A program made the position numbers and the translations under genes. From assembly GCA_963750165.1 (NCBI GenBank), contig CAVVPN010000003.1, positions 1,472,001 through 1,536,000 of the forward strand: 64,000 nucleotides of DNA. The letters are read 5' to 3'. The notes under the pieces are model-generated. The model did no database searches and had not been told where the DNA came from. It saw only the letters and a program-made list of their open reading frames with translations. The stretch's first letter is position 1. Each line of letters opens with the position of its first letter. Shown in pieces: positions 18,322-28,230 of this stretch. This DNA comes from an uncultured Gemmataceae bacterium. Lineage in GTDB: Bacteria; Planctomycetota; Planctomycetia; Gemmatales; Gemmataceae.

Positions 18322-19833
18322 ATGGCCGCCACCCGCTGCCCGCAGTGCCAGATCCCCATGACCGAGGACGAAGCCCGCGCCGCCGCCTGCCCCGTCTGCG
18401 CCGCGCCGTTCGTCACACCCGCCCCCTCGAGCCCCGTTGCCGCGCCGGTGCCGACACGCTCCCGCACCGGCCCGAGGCTGGCCGTGGCGGCGGCGCTGCT
18501 GGCGGTCGCCGCGGCCAGTGTCTACGTCTATTCCCAGTGGGGGAGCGGTCATGAACCACCCAGCGAGCGTGCCGCCATTTCCCCGAGTCCTGAGCGCCGC
18601 GAGAGCCCGAAAAAGCAGTCGCCTGCCCCGAGCCGCGCGGAGAAACTCCCGCCGCCCACGCGCATCGTCCAGGAAGACCTGCACGCCCCGGAGCGCGTCG
18701 CCGAGCGGATTCCCGCCCCGCCGGTCGTCGTCCAGGAGGAGCCAGCCCCGAAGCGCGTCGAGGTGGTCAAGGCACCGCCGGCCAAGAAGAAGCCGGACCC
18801 GAAGGTCGTCACCAAGCCGAAGGAGAAACCCAGGGAAAAACCCAAGGAAAAGCCAGTGCCCGGCGCCCTGGAAGGCGAGGTGTTCACCGTCAAGGAACGC
18901 AAGCTGAACCGGCCCAACGCCGACTACACGCTGCCGCCGCACCTCGCCGCCGGCAAGAAAATCGACCTGAGCGGTAAGGCGCGGACGCTGCGTCTGGCCC
19001 AGGTCGCCAACCACGCCCTCCTGGAAATCACCGGCCTGGACGCCCAGACGCTGGACATCGGCCGCATTGAAAACCACTCCCCCGTCAAGGTCAGCGGCAA
19101 GGTCAAGAAGCTGACCGTCGGCCCGATCCTGAACGGCGGCAGCCTCGACGCTTCGAAATTGGAGGCGGAGGAGGTCGTCTTCACCGGCCAGATGGAGGGC
19201 CACACCAGGGTGAAGTTGAACGGCAAACTCAAGCGCCTGCGCGTCGAGCAGCACCTGGCCAACGGCGCCGCGCTGGACGCCCTGCAACTGGACGCCCAAA
19301 CCGTCACGTTCGCCAGGCGCCTCGATGGCCACGTCAAGGTGAACCTGAGCGGCAAGGTCAAAACGCTGACCGTCAACCAGATGAGCACGGGCGCCCAGCT
19401 GGATGCGTCGAAGTTGCTGGCCCAGGAGGTTGTCTTCACGGACCGCATCGACGGCCACTCCCGCGTCAAGCTGCAGGCGCCGGGCGGCACGGTCGAGTTC
19501 CGCAGCCGGGTGGAGGGCAACGCCCAGCTGGAGATCAAGGCCCCGGGCGGCAAGGTGACGTTCACGGAGCCCTCGGCCAAAAACAAGCCCGGTTCCAGGA
19601 TCGACGGCGGCGCCCGCGTCACCATCACCGCGAAGGAAGCGGAGTTTCGCGGCATCCTCAACGGCAACGGCACGCAGGTCCTGGTGACGCTGACCGACGG
19701 TGGCGTGCTGCGCTTCCGCGAGCTGGACGGCCAGGTGCGGTTGCAATACCGCAAGGCCGACCGCAGCGGCCCGGAGCCGGTCGTTGAGGCCGGCGCCGTC
19801 CGCGGCCGGGCGAAGGTCGAGAAGCTGAAGTGA
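18322..19833 (+). CDS. Membrane-anchored protein: Zn ribbon, TM helix, Pro/Lys-rich linker, GIN/DUF2807-like beta-helix repeats
   Basis: CPQC...CPVC; hydrophobic helix; about 4 repeats of ~42 aa (LSGKVKTLTV...LDASKL.AQEVVF). Confidence 0.65.
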   Translation: MAATRCPQCQIPMTEDEARAAACPVCAAPFVTPAPSSPVAAPVPTRSRTGPRLAVAAALLAVAAASVYVYSQWGSGHEPPSERAAISPSPERRESPKKQSPAPSRAEKLPPPTRIVQEDLHAPERVAERIPAPPVVVQEEPAPKRVEVVKAPPAKKKPDPKVVTKPKEKPREKPKEKPVPGALEGEVFTVKERKLNRPNADYTLPPHLAAGKKIDLSGKARTLRLAQVANHALLEITGLDAQTLDIGRIENHSPVKVSGKVKKLTVGPILNGGSLDASKLEAEEVVFTGQMEGHTRVKLNGKLKRLRVEQHLANGAALDALQLDAQTVTFARRLDGHVKVNLSGKVKTLTVNQMSTGAQLDASKLLAQEVVFTDRIDGHSRVKLQAPGGTVEFRSRVEGNAQLEIKAPGGKVTFTEPSAKNKPGSRIDGGARVTITAKEAEFRGILNGNGTQVLVTLTDGGVLRFRELDGQVRLQYRKADRSGPEPVVEAGAVRGRAKVEKLK

Positions 19834-19940
19834 GCGCCGGCAAGGCATGTCGTTGTTAGGGCGCGCGGCGCACCCTAATCACCAGGTTCGGTCGCGTGAG
19901 CAATCCTGGCAGGAAGAGAGCATCAACATGAGCAAAAAAA

Positions 19941-21537
19941 CTAGGACAGCAAAGCCGGCTGGAGCAGTTTTTCCTCCAACTGTTGGAGGAACGCCCGGGG
20001 ATTGCGACGGAACCGTGTGCGGTTGACTCGGCGGCGGCGGCGGGACTCCAGGTGTTGGCGGAGTTCCGCCTGCCTGACCGGGTCTGCCTCCGCCAACTCT
20101 TCCGCTGTGTAGACGTGCTGCCGGGTCGCCGCGGCCGCCAACACGCGGGCCTCCCCACGGAGCACCAGACTCGGGGACGCCCCCGTGCGGCCGCTGGCCC
20201 GGCGCTCGTGGTAGCGATGGCTGCCGAAGAACTGCTCCAGGTCGTTGTTCGTCCGCGGTAGGTCCGCGACGGCGTAGCAGTGGAACAGCCCCGGCCAGTA
20301 GCTCCGGGTGACCTTCACGAAGTGCTCGACCCCGCTCGCCAGCGCCCCGACCAGCCCGCGGTGGCGGGTCATCGCCCCGAGCAGACCACCCAGGCGCTGC
20401 CGCACGGCTGGGGCCACCCCGGGGCCGTGTTCGCCCAGTAGGTGCGCCGCCTGCCAGACCCAGGCGAAGGCCACGCGCACCGGGGGCCACAGCGGCGCCG
20501 TGGCCGCCAACGCCGCCACGAGCAGCAGCCTCAGCCGGACGAGTTCTTTCGGGAGCCCCTTTTTTCGGCCACCCCGTCCAGGCTGGCCACCACGGCGCTC
20601 AGGCGGTCGTGGAGTTTCAGCCCGGACGCTTCCAGGGGCGGCCGGCCGTCGTCGGTCACGGCACTGCGGACCGCGTCGCAGTACCCCTGGATGGCCTGGG
20701 CCTCGGGGTCGGTGCGGCCCTCCACCTGGCGCTCGAGGGGCCGCACGCCGCGGACGCGCTTCTTGAGTTCCTTCTTGGCGTGGCGGTCGGCCTCGTAGAT
20801 GGGCCGGGCGGCTTCGCGGAGGTAGTGGAAGTGGCAGAGTTGGTGCGGCACGCCGGGCAAGGCTTCGGCCACGGCCTTGCGGATGGAGTGCTGGCCGTCG
20901 GAGACCACCCCGGTGATCGGCACCGCCAGGCCGTCGCGCACCTGGCCGATGAGTTCGGCCAGGTCCTGCTGCCGGCTGGACAACAGGCTGCGCGCAGCAG
21001 GACGGTGCCGGAGAGGCAGTCGCGCAACACCCAGAGCACCTCGTGGCCGACGTCGGGCTGCAGGCCGTCGATGGCCAGGATGACGCGGCCCTGCGCGGCC
21101 AGCAACCCGCGCAGGCGGCCGGCGTCGGTCAGGGTGACGGCCAGCAGTTCGTCGTAGCGCTCCAGGAGGTTGGTGACCGTCCGCTCGGCGATGGCCAGGC
21201 CCCGGGCGACCAGGTGCTGGTGGATCTCGGGGACGGAGCGGTGCTCGGCGTAGCGGAGGGCGCCGAGGTGGGCGATGACGTCCAGGCCGAACTCGTGCTG
21301 GGGCAGGGCGTGGCGGCCCTCGGCCTCGGGCCGGTAGGGCTGCAGGTGGCGTGGGCAGTCGGCGGTGTGGCAGCGGCGGATGTGGAGCACCAGCCGTGTC
21401 AGGCCCAGCAGGGTGACGACGGTGCGGTCGTTCCGGTAGTCGGACCACATCCGTCGGTGGCAGGCGGGGCAGTCCTGGTACAAGGCGTCCAGGTGTTGGG
21501 TGAAGGTGGGTTCGGGGCGGGGCGCCTTCCTGGCCAT
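19941..21537 (-). mobile_element. Insertion sequence: DDE transposase with IS256/Mutator-like CxxH signature (ISNCY-type), split over three frames
   Basis: N-terminal Zn finger CPAC...C; AIDG, VSDGQ, HQLCHFH, RTNNDLE; frame changes at ~20995 and at A6G4 (20565-20556); element ends not confidently defined. Confidence 0.85.
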
Positions 21538-21731
21538 GGCAAGCTCCTGGGTTGGGGGGCTTTGCTACGCAACTCGTTTTTCGCGGTACGCCTCGGTAAC
21601 GTTCCGTGACGAACGGGACCAACCGCGGGACGAAATTACATTACGTATCAAAGCCGGGTTGGGGCGCTAAAGCGTAACCCAAACCCAGGTTAGCTGTCTA
21701 GCCGGCTTTGCTGTCCTAGAAAAAAACATGG

Positions 21732-22922
21732 GTGGCTTTGATCGGGTGTCTGATTCTGGGAATCCTGGCTGGCTGCGGAGGCACCGACGGGCAGAAGGAG
21801 GACAAGAAATTGGACCCCTCAACCAAGGGGAGCCAAGGTAACAAGAAGTCAGGGACCGTCGCCGACAAGGGCGGGAAGACCAAGAAGACACCGGACGCGG
21901 ACAAGCTGCCCACGCCGAAGGAATACACGGCGGAAGAGTTGGGCGCCGTTGGAGCAGACTCGGGCAAATGGGACAAGGAATTCCTGGGGAAAATGCTCCG
22001 CGTCAGCGGCGAAGTGGAACTGGTGTCGGCCCCGCTGGCCTACCTCAAGACGAGCAAACAGTTTGAGACTGGTCAACCGGTCAAGGTGACATTGACGTTC
22101 GCCGACGGAGAGGCAGCCAGGAAACTCACCAGAGGGGACAAAGTCCTCGTGGAAGGCAAGGCCCGATCCGCCGGGATCTTCGGCCCCTACCTGGAGAACG
22201 TCACCCTCGTAAAGACGCTGGCTGCTGCGCCGAAGGCAGACGGCGGCATGTCGGCCATCGATTTCGCGAAGGAGGTGTATGCCGATCCCAAGGCCGGTCT
22301 CGAAAAGTACCAGGGCAAGCGGATCCAGCTTACGGGGCAAGTTGGCGAAGCGAGTCCGGAGTACTCGTTCGGCGGCATGTCGCTGAAAACCGGTCTCAAG
22401 CATCGCAAGATGAGCTTTCTTGTCGTCGGCTTGCGGATCTATGTCCAGCCGGAGAAAATACTGCACGCCTACCTGCTCGGCGTTGGGCAAAAGGTGCAAG
22501 TGACGGGTGAACTCACGGGCATCACCGATGACGCGATTACGCTGCGCAATTGCACCTTCGCGGAGCTGGAAAAGAACCCGATGCCATCGCTTGCCGCAAC
22601 CGAGTTGGCGGCCGCGTATGTCAAGGACGTGAAGGAAGCCAGCCGGAAATATGGCGGCGAATTCGGCATGCGCAAGGATCTCTTTGTCCAGGGCAAAGTC
22701 GCTGAGATTGCGGACGCTGAATTCGGGAATAAGGCGGTTCACCTGGAAGGCAGCGGCAAAACGAATGTCGTCTGTTACATCCGGGCGAAGGACGCGAAAG
22801 ACCTAAAAAAAGGCGACGAAATCCGCGTGAAGGCCCAGTGTGTGGGCCTCGTGAACAGTGCAGGCCAGGCGAATGTACATTGCCCCGGATGGCTGGTCCC
22901 GAAAGAACTTTGGGCGAAGTAA
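21732..22922 (+). CDS. Lipoprotein with three tRNA_anti-like OB-fold domains
   Basis: Lipobox ILAGC; three repeats resembling xAxEL...KY.GK.I.LTG.V; start codon uncertain. Confidence 0.7.
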   Translation: MALIGCLILGILAGCGGTDGQKEDKKLDPSTKGSQGNKKSGTVADKGGKTKKTPDADKLPTPKEYTAEELGAVGADSGKWDKEFLGKMLRVSGEVELVSAPLAYLKTSKQFETGQPVKVTLTFADGEAARKLTRGDKVLVEGKARSAGIFGPYLENVTLVKTLAAAPKADGGMSAIDFAKEVYADPKAGLEKYQGKRIQLTGQVGEASPEYSFGGMSLKTGLKHRKMSFLVVGLRIYVQPEKILHAYLLGVGQKVQVTGELTGITDDAITLRNCTFAELEKNPMPSLAATELAAAYVKDVKEASRKYGGEFGMRKDLFVQGKVAEIADAEFGNKAVHLEGSGKTNVVCYIRAKDAKDLKKGDEIRVKAQCVGLVNSAGQANVHCPGWLVPKELWAK

Positions 22923-23037
22923 AATGGAACCCGAACCAGTCGTTTGCACATGACGAGCCAACTGAGGTGCATCGGACGCATTCAGTCCAGTGGCCCGCAC
23001 GTGAACTCGGTAATTCGGCTTCACAAGGAAGACAGCG

Positions 23038-23571
23038 ATGACAACGCGGTTGCTTACGGTTTCGCTCCTGGGGTTGCTGGCAGCGGGGCTGGCGCGCGCG
23101 GACGTGGCGTCCGGGCCGAAGGAGGGCGAGAAGGTCGCTACCCTGAAGGTCTACGCCGTCACCGGCGAACCAAAGGACAAGGAAGTCGATTACACCGGCT
23201 TGCGCAAGGACAAGGCGACGGTGTACGTATTCGTGTCGGCGAAGGACTTTGGTCGGCCGATGTTTCGTTTCCTCAAGAAACTCGACGAGAACCTGAGCGA
23301 CGATGGCTTGGTCGTGGCCGTATGGCTGACCGACGACACGGACAAATCGAAAGAGTATCTGCCGAAGATTGCGCAGTATTTCAAGGGGGCGGCGCTCACG
23401 GTATTCGGCGGGACCGCCGGGCCGAAGGACTGGGCGATCAATTCCGACGCGCACCTGACCGCCGTGATCGCCTATAAGGGCAAGGTGGTCAGGTCGTTCG
23501 GCTACAGGTCGCTGAACGAAACCGACGTACCCGAGGTGGTCAAGACGCTGAAGAAGGCGATCAAGAAATAA
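23038..23571 (+). CDS. Secreted hypothetical protein, possibly thioredoxin-like fold
   Basis: Signal peptide ending ARA-D; SGPKEGEKV...VTG and GPKDWAIN planctomycete-type motifs; AAGGA RBS. Confidence 0.6.
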   Translation: MTTRLLTVSLLGLLAAGLARADVASGPKEGEKVATLKVYAVTGEPKDKEVDYTGLRKDKATVYVFVSAKDFGRPMFRFLKKLDENLSDDGLVVAVWLTDDTDKSKEYLPKIAQYFKGAALTVFGGTAGPKDWAINSDAHLTAVIAYKGKVVRSFGYRSLNETDVPEVVKTLKKAIKK

Positions 23572-23690
23572 GTTAAACGCTCCGCAACCCGCTGGGATCT
23601 CGCGGAAAAAAGCTGACCTCCCTCCTCGGATATGGTATCGGTAGAGGGACACGGCCCCCGCCCGGGGCCGCCATCCGAGGAGGACGCACC

Positions 23691-26600
23691 ATGTCGCAAA
23701 TAGCGCAACCGTGTCCGGCGTGCGGCCGGCCTTTCAATCAGACGCAGGCGGATGTCACCCCGCCCGCCGACGGCCACACCCTGGACGCCGGCATGGCGCT
23801 CGCGGCGTCCGCGGGCGCCCCGCCGGCGCAGGTGACCGGCTACGACCTGCTGCAAGAGCTGGGTCGTGGCGGCATGGGCGTCGTTTACCAGGCCCGGCAG
23901 CATGCGCCCAACCGGCTGGTGGCGTTGAAAATGATCCTGGCGGCCGAGCATGCCGGCGCCGCGGCCGTGGCCCGCTTCCGCAACGAGGCCGAGGCGGTCG
24001 CCAAACTGCAACACCCCAACATCGTGCAGATCCACGCGGTCGGCGAACAGCACGGCCGGCCCTTCTTCACCCTGGAGTACATCGACGGCGGCGGCCTCGA
24101 CAGGAAGCTCGACGGCACGCCCCTGCCGCCGCGTCAGGCCGCCCAGCTGATCGAGACGCTGGCGCGGGCCATCGAGGCGGCGCACCAGGCCGGCGTCATC
24201 CACCGCGACCTCAAACCGGCCAACGTCCTGCTCACCGCCACGGGCGAGCCGAAAATCACCGACTTCGGCCTGGCCAAGCAGCTCGACAGCCTGCACGGCC
24301 AGACCGAGAGCGGCGCCGTCATCGGCACGCCCAGTTACATGGCTCCCGAGCAGGCCGCCGGCAAGGTCAAGGAGGTCGGCAAGGCGGCGGACGTGTACGC
24401 GCTGGGCGCCATCCTCTACGAGTGCCTGACCGGCCGGCCGCCGTTCAAGGCGGTCGCGCCGATGGACACCATTTTGCAGGTGCTCAGCGACGAGCCAGTG
24501 CCGCCCTCGCGCCTGCAGCCGAAGGTGCCGCGCGACCTGGAAACCATCTGCCTGAAGTGCCTGCAAAAAGAGCCGCGCAAGCGCTACGCCACGGCGGCGG
24601 CGCTGGCCGAGGACCTGCGCCGCTTTTTGGTGGGTGAGCCGATCCAGGCCCGGCCAGTGGGCGCGGCGGGACGGCTGCTGAAGTGGGCGCGGCGGCGGCC
24701 GGCGGTGGCGGCGCTGTCGGCGGCGGTGGCGCTGGTGGCGGCGCTGGGCTTCGCGCTGGTGACGGCGGCGCTGGTCCAGGTCGAGGAGAAGCGGCAACTG
24801 GCGGAGAACCAGCGTGCGGCCCTGTTTGACTCGCACCACCGGTTACTCGCGTCGCAGGAGCAGTTGGAGGAAAAGAAAAAGGAGGCCCTGGCGAAGGCGG
24901 CCGCGGCGCTGGCGGCGCGCCAGCAAACGCTCGACGCGCAGAAGGAGTTACATTATTCCAGCTATCTGAACAGCATCGCGCTGGCCCACCAGCTGCTGCT
25001 GAGCAACAACGTGGCGCGGGCGCGGGAGGTGCTGCGCGAGGCCTGCCCCGACGCGTCCCGCTGGGAGTGGCGCTACCTGGACCGGCTGAGCCGCGCCGAG
25101 CGTTACACGGTCAAGGGGCCGGGTATCGGCGTGTCGGGGCTGGCGTTCAGCCCGGACGACAGGTTCCTGGCGGTGGCAAGCATCAACGAGCAGGGCCAGG
25201 ACGCCTTGCGCATTCTGGACGCCGCCACCGGCAAGGAACTGCGGGGCCTGGCGCTGCCGGGCGGCGATTTCACCGGAGTCGCGTTCAGAAGCGACGGCAA
25301 ACGACTGGCCCTGGCCCGGAGCCGGGAGGTGACCGTCGTTGAGGTCCGCCCCGACCAGCCGCCGGCTCAGTGGCCCGTGAAAACGCACAAGCTGAGTTCC
25401 AGCGTCAACGCGGTCGCCTTCACCCCCGAGGGGAAAATCCTCGCGGCCGGCAACGCCCACCTCCGCAAGGACCAGGGGCCGACCCGGACCACCCTGTTCG
25501 TGGTGGACGTGGAAACCAACCAGGAAGTGTGCTGGCTGGACGGTTTTCAGGAGCAGGAGGGCGTCGCCCTGAACGTCCTGCCAGCTGCCTTCAGCCCCGA
25601 CAGACGGCGGTTGGCGGCGGTGGCGGTGGCGGTGGACAGCGGGAGACGCGCGCAACAGGAGCCAAAACCCCAGGCGCAGTCCAAAAACGAGGCGGTCCCG
25701 GCCGTGAAGGACCAATGCGGGCCACCCGCCGCGCCAGAGCAGTCGGCCCAGCAGGCTCAGGGGAAGACCCGGGCGGGGTTCTTCCAGGGCCAGGTCAAGG
25801 TATGGGACCTGGGCCAGAAGCGCGTGCTGCGGTCCTTCAGCACCAGCTTCGCCGGCTTCAAGTCCCAGGTGGCCTTCAGCCCGGACGGCAAACGCATCGC
25901 CTGGGGCGACGGGCCGACCGTGCGCGTGGCCGACGTGGAGGGCAAGGCGGAGCCGCGCGTCCTGGGCGGCCGGCAGCAGGAGGTGAACGGCGTCGCCTTC
26001 AGCCCGGACGGCACCCTGGTAGCCGCGGCCGGCGAGGATGGCACCGTCGTGCTCTGGAATGTCGAGAGCGGCGCGGAGGAGTTGGTCCTGCCCGGCCACA
26101 CCAGCGGCGTGCTGCGCGTGGCCTTCAACGCCAGGGGGGACCGACTTGCCGCCGGTACCCTGTCGTTTTTCGCGGCGCCGGAGGTGCGGTGCTGGGACCT
26201 GGGCCGCGGCCCGCTGACCCGGTCGGTGCGCGGGCCGACGGAGTTGATCTCGCTGTGCCTGGCGGTCAACCGGGACTGCACCCGGTTTCTGCAATTCACC
26301 GTGACCATGCGGGACGGGGGCCGCCCGGAGCTGGATTTCAGTGTCCGCGACGCGGCCAGCGGCCGGCTCGTGCGCCGGCTGGACGAGGTGTCGATGGGTG
26401 CGCCCTTCGCCGAGTTCCGCCCGGACGGCAGCCAGGTCGCGTCCACGATCCAGAAGGGTGCCGTCCTGTCCGACCTGGCCAGCGGTCGGCAGACGGTGCT
26501 CAGCCTTCCCGGCACCCCGGTTCGGGACGCGCTGATCGGCCTGGCCTACAACGCCCGGGGGGATCGACTGGCCGCCGCCACGGTGCAGCAGAACAAGGAG

Positions 26601-27290
26601 GGGAACAAGGGCCTGGAGGCGCTCGTGCAGCTGTACGACCCCGACACCGGCAAGACGGTGGGCCCCGCTCTGCGGGCCCCGGTCTTCGCCGACCGGGCCC
26701 TGGCGGAGCGGCCGCTCCTGCTCACTCAGGCGGCGTTCCACCCGGACGGGCGCCGGCTCGTCGTGGCCGTGGGGGCCCTGGCCATGCAGGGCCCGCAGAA
26801 GGACGGGGGCGGCGCGGCACTGCAGGCGGAGTTGCACTACTGGGACATCGCCGCGGGTAAGCGCCTGCTGGTGAAGCCGTTGCCCTACCTGGTCCAGGCG
26901 CTGGCGTTCCACCCCGACGGCCGTCTGGTCATCGGTGGCGGCAGCAGCGGCGAGGGGTTCGCCGAGTTGTGGGACCTGGACCAGGGCCACGCGGTGAGGC
27001 GCTTCCGCGGCCACGCCAAGGCGGTGTACGCCGTTGCCTGCCACCCGGACGGCAGCCGTCTGGTGACTGGCGGGGCAGACCAGACCGTCAAGGTGTGGGA
27101 CGTGGCCACCGGCCGTGAGGTGCTGACGCTGCGCGGCCTCGGCAAGGCGGCGACGGTAGTGCGCTTCAGCCCCGACGGTCAGAAGCTCGTGGCCGCCACC
27201 GGGCTGGAGTTCCTCGACCTGTTCATGATGGAGAGCCGCGCCGCCCTGCGTGTGCCGCTGGAGGTGCGCGTCTGGGACGCGGGCGAGTAA
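23691..27290 (+). CDS. Hanks-type Ser/Thr protein kinase with TM helix and WD40 repeats
   Basis: LGRGGMGVVY, VALK, HRDLKPAN, DFG and GTPSYMAPE; many WD40 blades. Confidence 0.95.
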   Translation: MSQIAQPCPACGRPFNQTQADVTPPADGHTLDAGMALAASAGAPPAQVTGYDLLQELGRGGMGVVYQARQHAPNRLVALKMILAAEHAGAAAVARFRNEAEAVAKLQHPNIVQIHAVGEQHGRPFFTLEYIDGGGLDRKLDGTPLPPRQAAQLIETLARAIEAAHQAGVIHRDLKPANVLLTATGEPKITDFGLAKQLDSLHGQTESGAVIGTPSYMAPEQAAGKVKEVGKAADVYALGAILYECLTGRPPFKAVAPMDTILQVLSDEPVPPSRLQPKVPRDLETICLKCLQKEPRKRYATAAALAEDLRRFLVGEPIQARPVGAAGRLLKWARRRPAVAALSAAVALVAALGFALVTAALVQVEEKRQLAENQRAALFDSHHRLLASQEQLEEKKKEALAKAAAALAARQQTLDAQKELHYSSYLNSIALAHQLLLSNNVARAREVLREACPDASRWEWRYLDRLSRAERYTVKGPGIGVSGLAFSPDDRFLAVASINEQGQDALRILDAATGKELRGLALPGGDFTGVAFRSDGKRLALARSREVTVVEVRPDQPPAQWPVKTHKLSSSVNAVAFTPEGKILAAGNAHLRKDQGPTRTTLFVVDVETNQEVCWLDGFQEQEGVALNVLPAAFSPDRRRLAAVAVAVDSGRRAQQEPKPQAQSKNEAVPAVKDQCGPPAAPEQSAQQAQGKTRAGFFQGQVKVWDLGQKRVLRSFSTSFAGFKSQVAFSPDGKRIAWGDGPTVRVADVEGKAEPRVLGGRQQEVNGVAFSPDGTLVAAAGEDGTVVLWNVESGAEELVLPGHTSGVLRVAFNARGDRLAAGTLSFFAAPEVRCWDLGRGPLTRSVRGPTELISLCLAVNRDCTRFLQFTVTMRDGGRPELDFSVRDAASGRLVRRLDEVSMGAPFAEFRPDGSQVASTIQKGAVLSDLASGRQTVLSLPGTPVRDALIGLAYNARGDRLAAATVQQNKEGNKGLEALVQLYDPDTGKTVGPALRAPVFADRALAERPLLLTQAAFHPDGRRLVVAVGALAMQGPQKDGGGAALQAELHYWDIAAGKRLLVKPLPYLVQALAFHPDGRLVIGGGSSGEGFAELWDLDQGHAVRRFRGHAKAVYAVACHPDGSRLVTGGADQTVKVWDVATGREVLTLRGLGKAATVVRFSPDGQKLVAATGLEFLDLFMMESRAALRVPLEVRVWDAGE

Positions 27291-27503
27291 GGGCAACCGG
27301 ACGAAACTGGGACAGCTCAATCCTGAGCCCACCACCACGGGCGCACTGGGCGAGACGACCTGCCGCCTGTTTTGTCAGCGGGGTTTCCACAGCGCTAAAC
27401 TCCGTTTCGGCAACTGCTCCTGGTGCGCAGTATAGTTGCCTGTCCTGACCGCGACCCATGCAGACGCTGAGAACGCTTGCCGCACAGCACGAGAGGGCCC
27501 GTC

Positions 27504-28163
27504 ATGGCTAACCAGCAGGGGACATCACATTACGAACACGGGGACCCGCGCAGCCCTAACGAGATGGGGCCGGATATCATCATCAGCCCGGACACCTTGC
27601 GCGATTGCCGCCTGCCACCGCTGCAATCGCAAGCGCGCACCTGGCCGGTGCTGCATTACTGGGGCGTGCCGGACGTGGACCTGAGCCGGTGGCGGTTGGA
27701 AGTGGTCGGCCTGGTCGCACAGCCGACCACGTTCACCTGGGAGGAGTTTCAGCAACTTCCCCGGGTGCAGGTGTTCGCCGATTTCCATTGCGTAACCCGC
27801 TGGTCCAAACTCGGCAACCTGTGGGAGGGCGTGTCAGTGCAGGAAGTGTTGCGCCGTGCCGGCAGGGTCAAACCGGAGGCGAGCTTCGTCATCGCCCACG
27901 GTTACGATGAGGGTTATACCACCAACCTCACCCTGGCCGATGTTCTTGCCGAGGATGTCTTGCTCGCGGATCGTCACGATGGCGAACCACTGACCGCCGA
28001 GCACGGCGGCCCGCTCCGGCTGGTCGTTCCCCGCCGTTACGCCTGGAAAAGTGCCAAATGGCTTCGGGCGTTGGAGGTCACTGCGGTGGACCAGCCCGGC
28101 ACCTGGGAGCAGGCCGGCTACCACCCCCGCGGCGATCCGTGGACGCAGGAACGCCATCGGTAA
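27504..28163 (+). CDS. Sulfite oxidase-like molybdopterin oxidoreductase (YuiH/MsrP-like catalytic domain)
   Basis: DFHCVTRWS and HGGPLRLVVPRRYAWKSAKWL. Confidence 0.9.
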   Translation: MANQQGTSHYEHGDPRSPNEMGPDIIISPDTLRDCRLPPLQSQARTWPVLHYWGVPDVDLSRWRLEVVGLVAQPTTFTWEEFQQLPRVQVFADFHCVTRWSKLGNLWEGVSVQEVLRRAGRVKPEASFVIAHGYDEGYTTNLTLADVLAEDVLLADRHDGEPLTAEHGGPLRLVVPRRYAWKSAKWLRALEVTAVDQPGTWEQAGYHPRGDPWTQERHR

Positions 28164-28230
28164 CCGAACTGAAAAAGACCACCAACGCGGCGGCAGATGC
28201 CGAAGACCATCGGGCCATGACGCCGGCGGC

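Noticed and set aside
19857..21660. Terminal inverted repeats and target duplication for the IS
   Set aside because: Only weak partial matches (gttcggtcgcg vs gttcgtcacgg) were found, so the ends cannot be assigned by eye
27291..27503. Possible Moco riboswitch upstream of the molybdopterin oxidoreductase
   Set aside because: Only a short ggcaact/agttgcc hairpin is visible; the consensus cannot be confirmed without an Rfam scan
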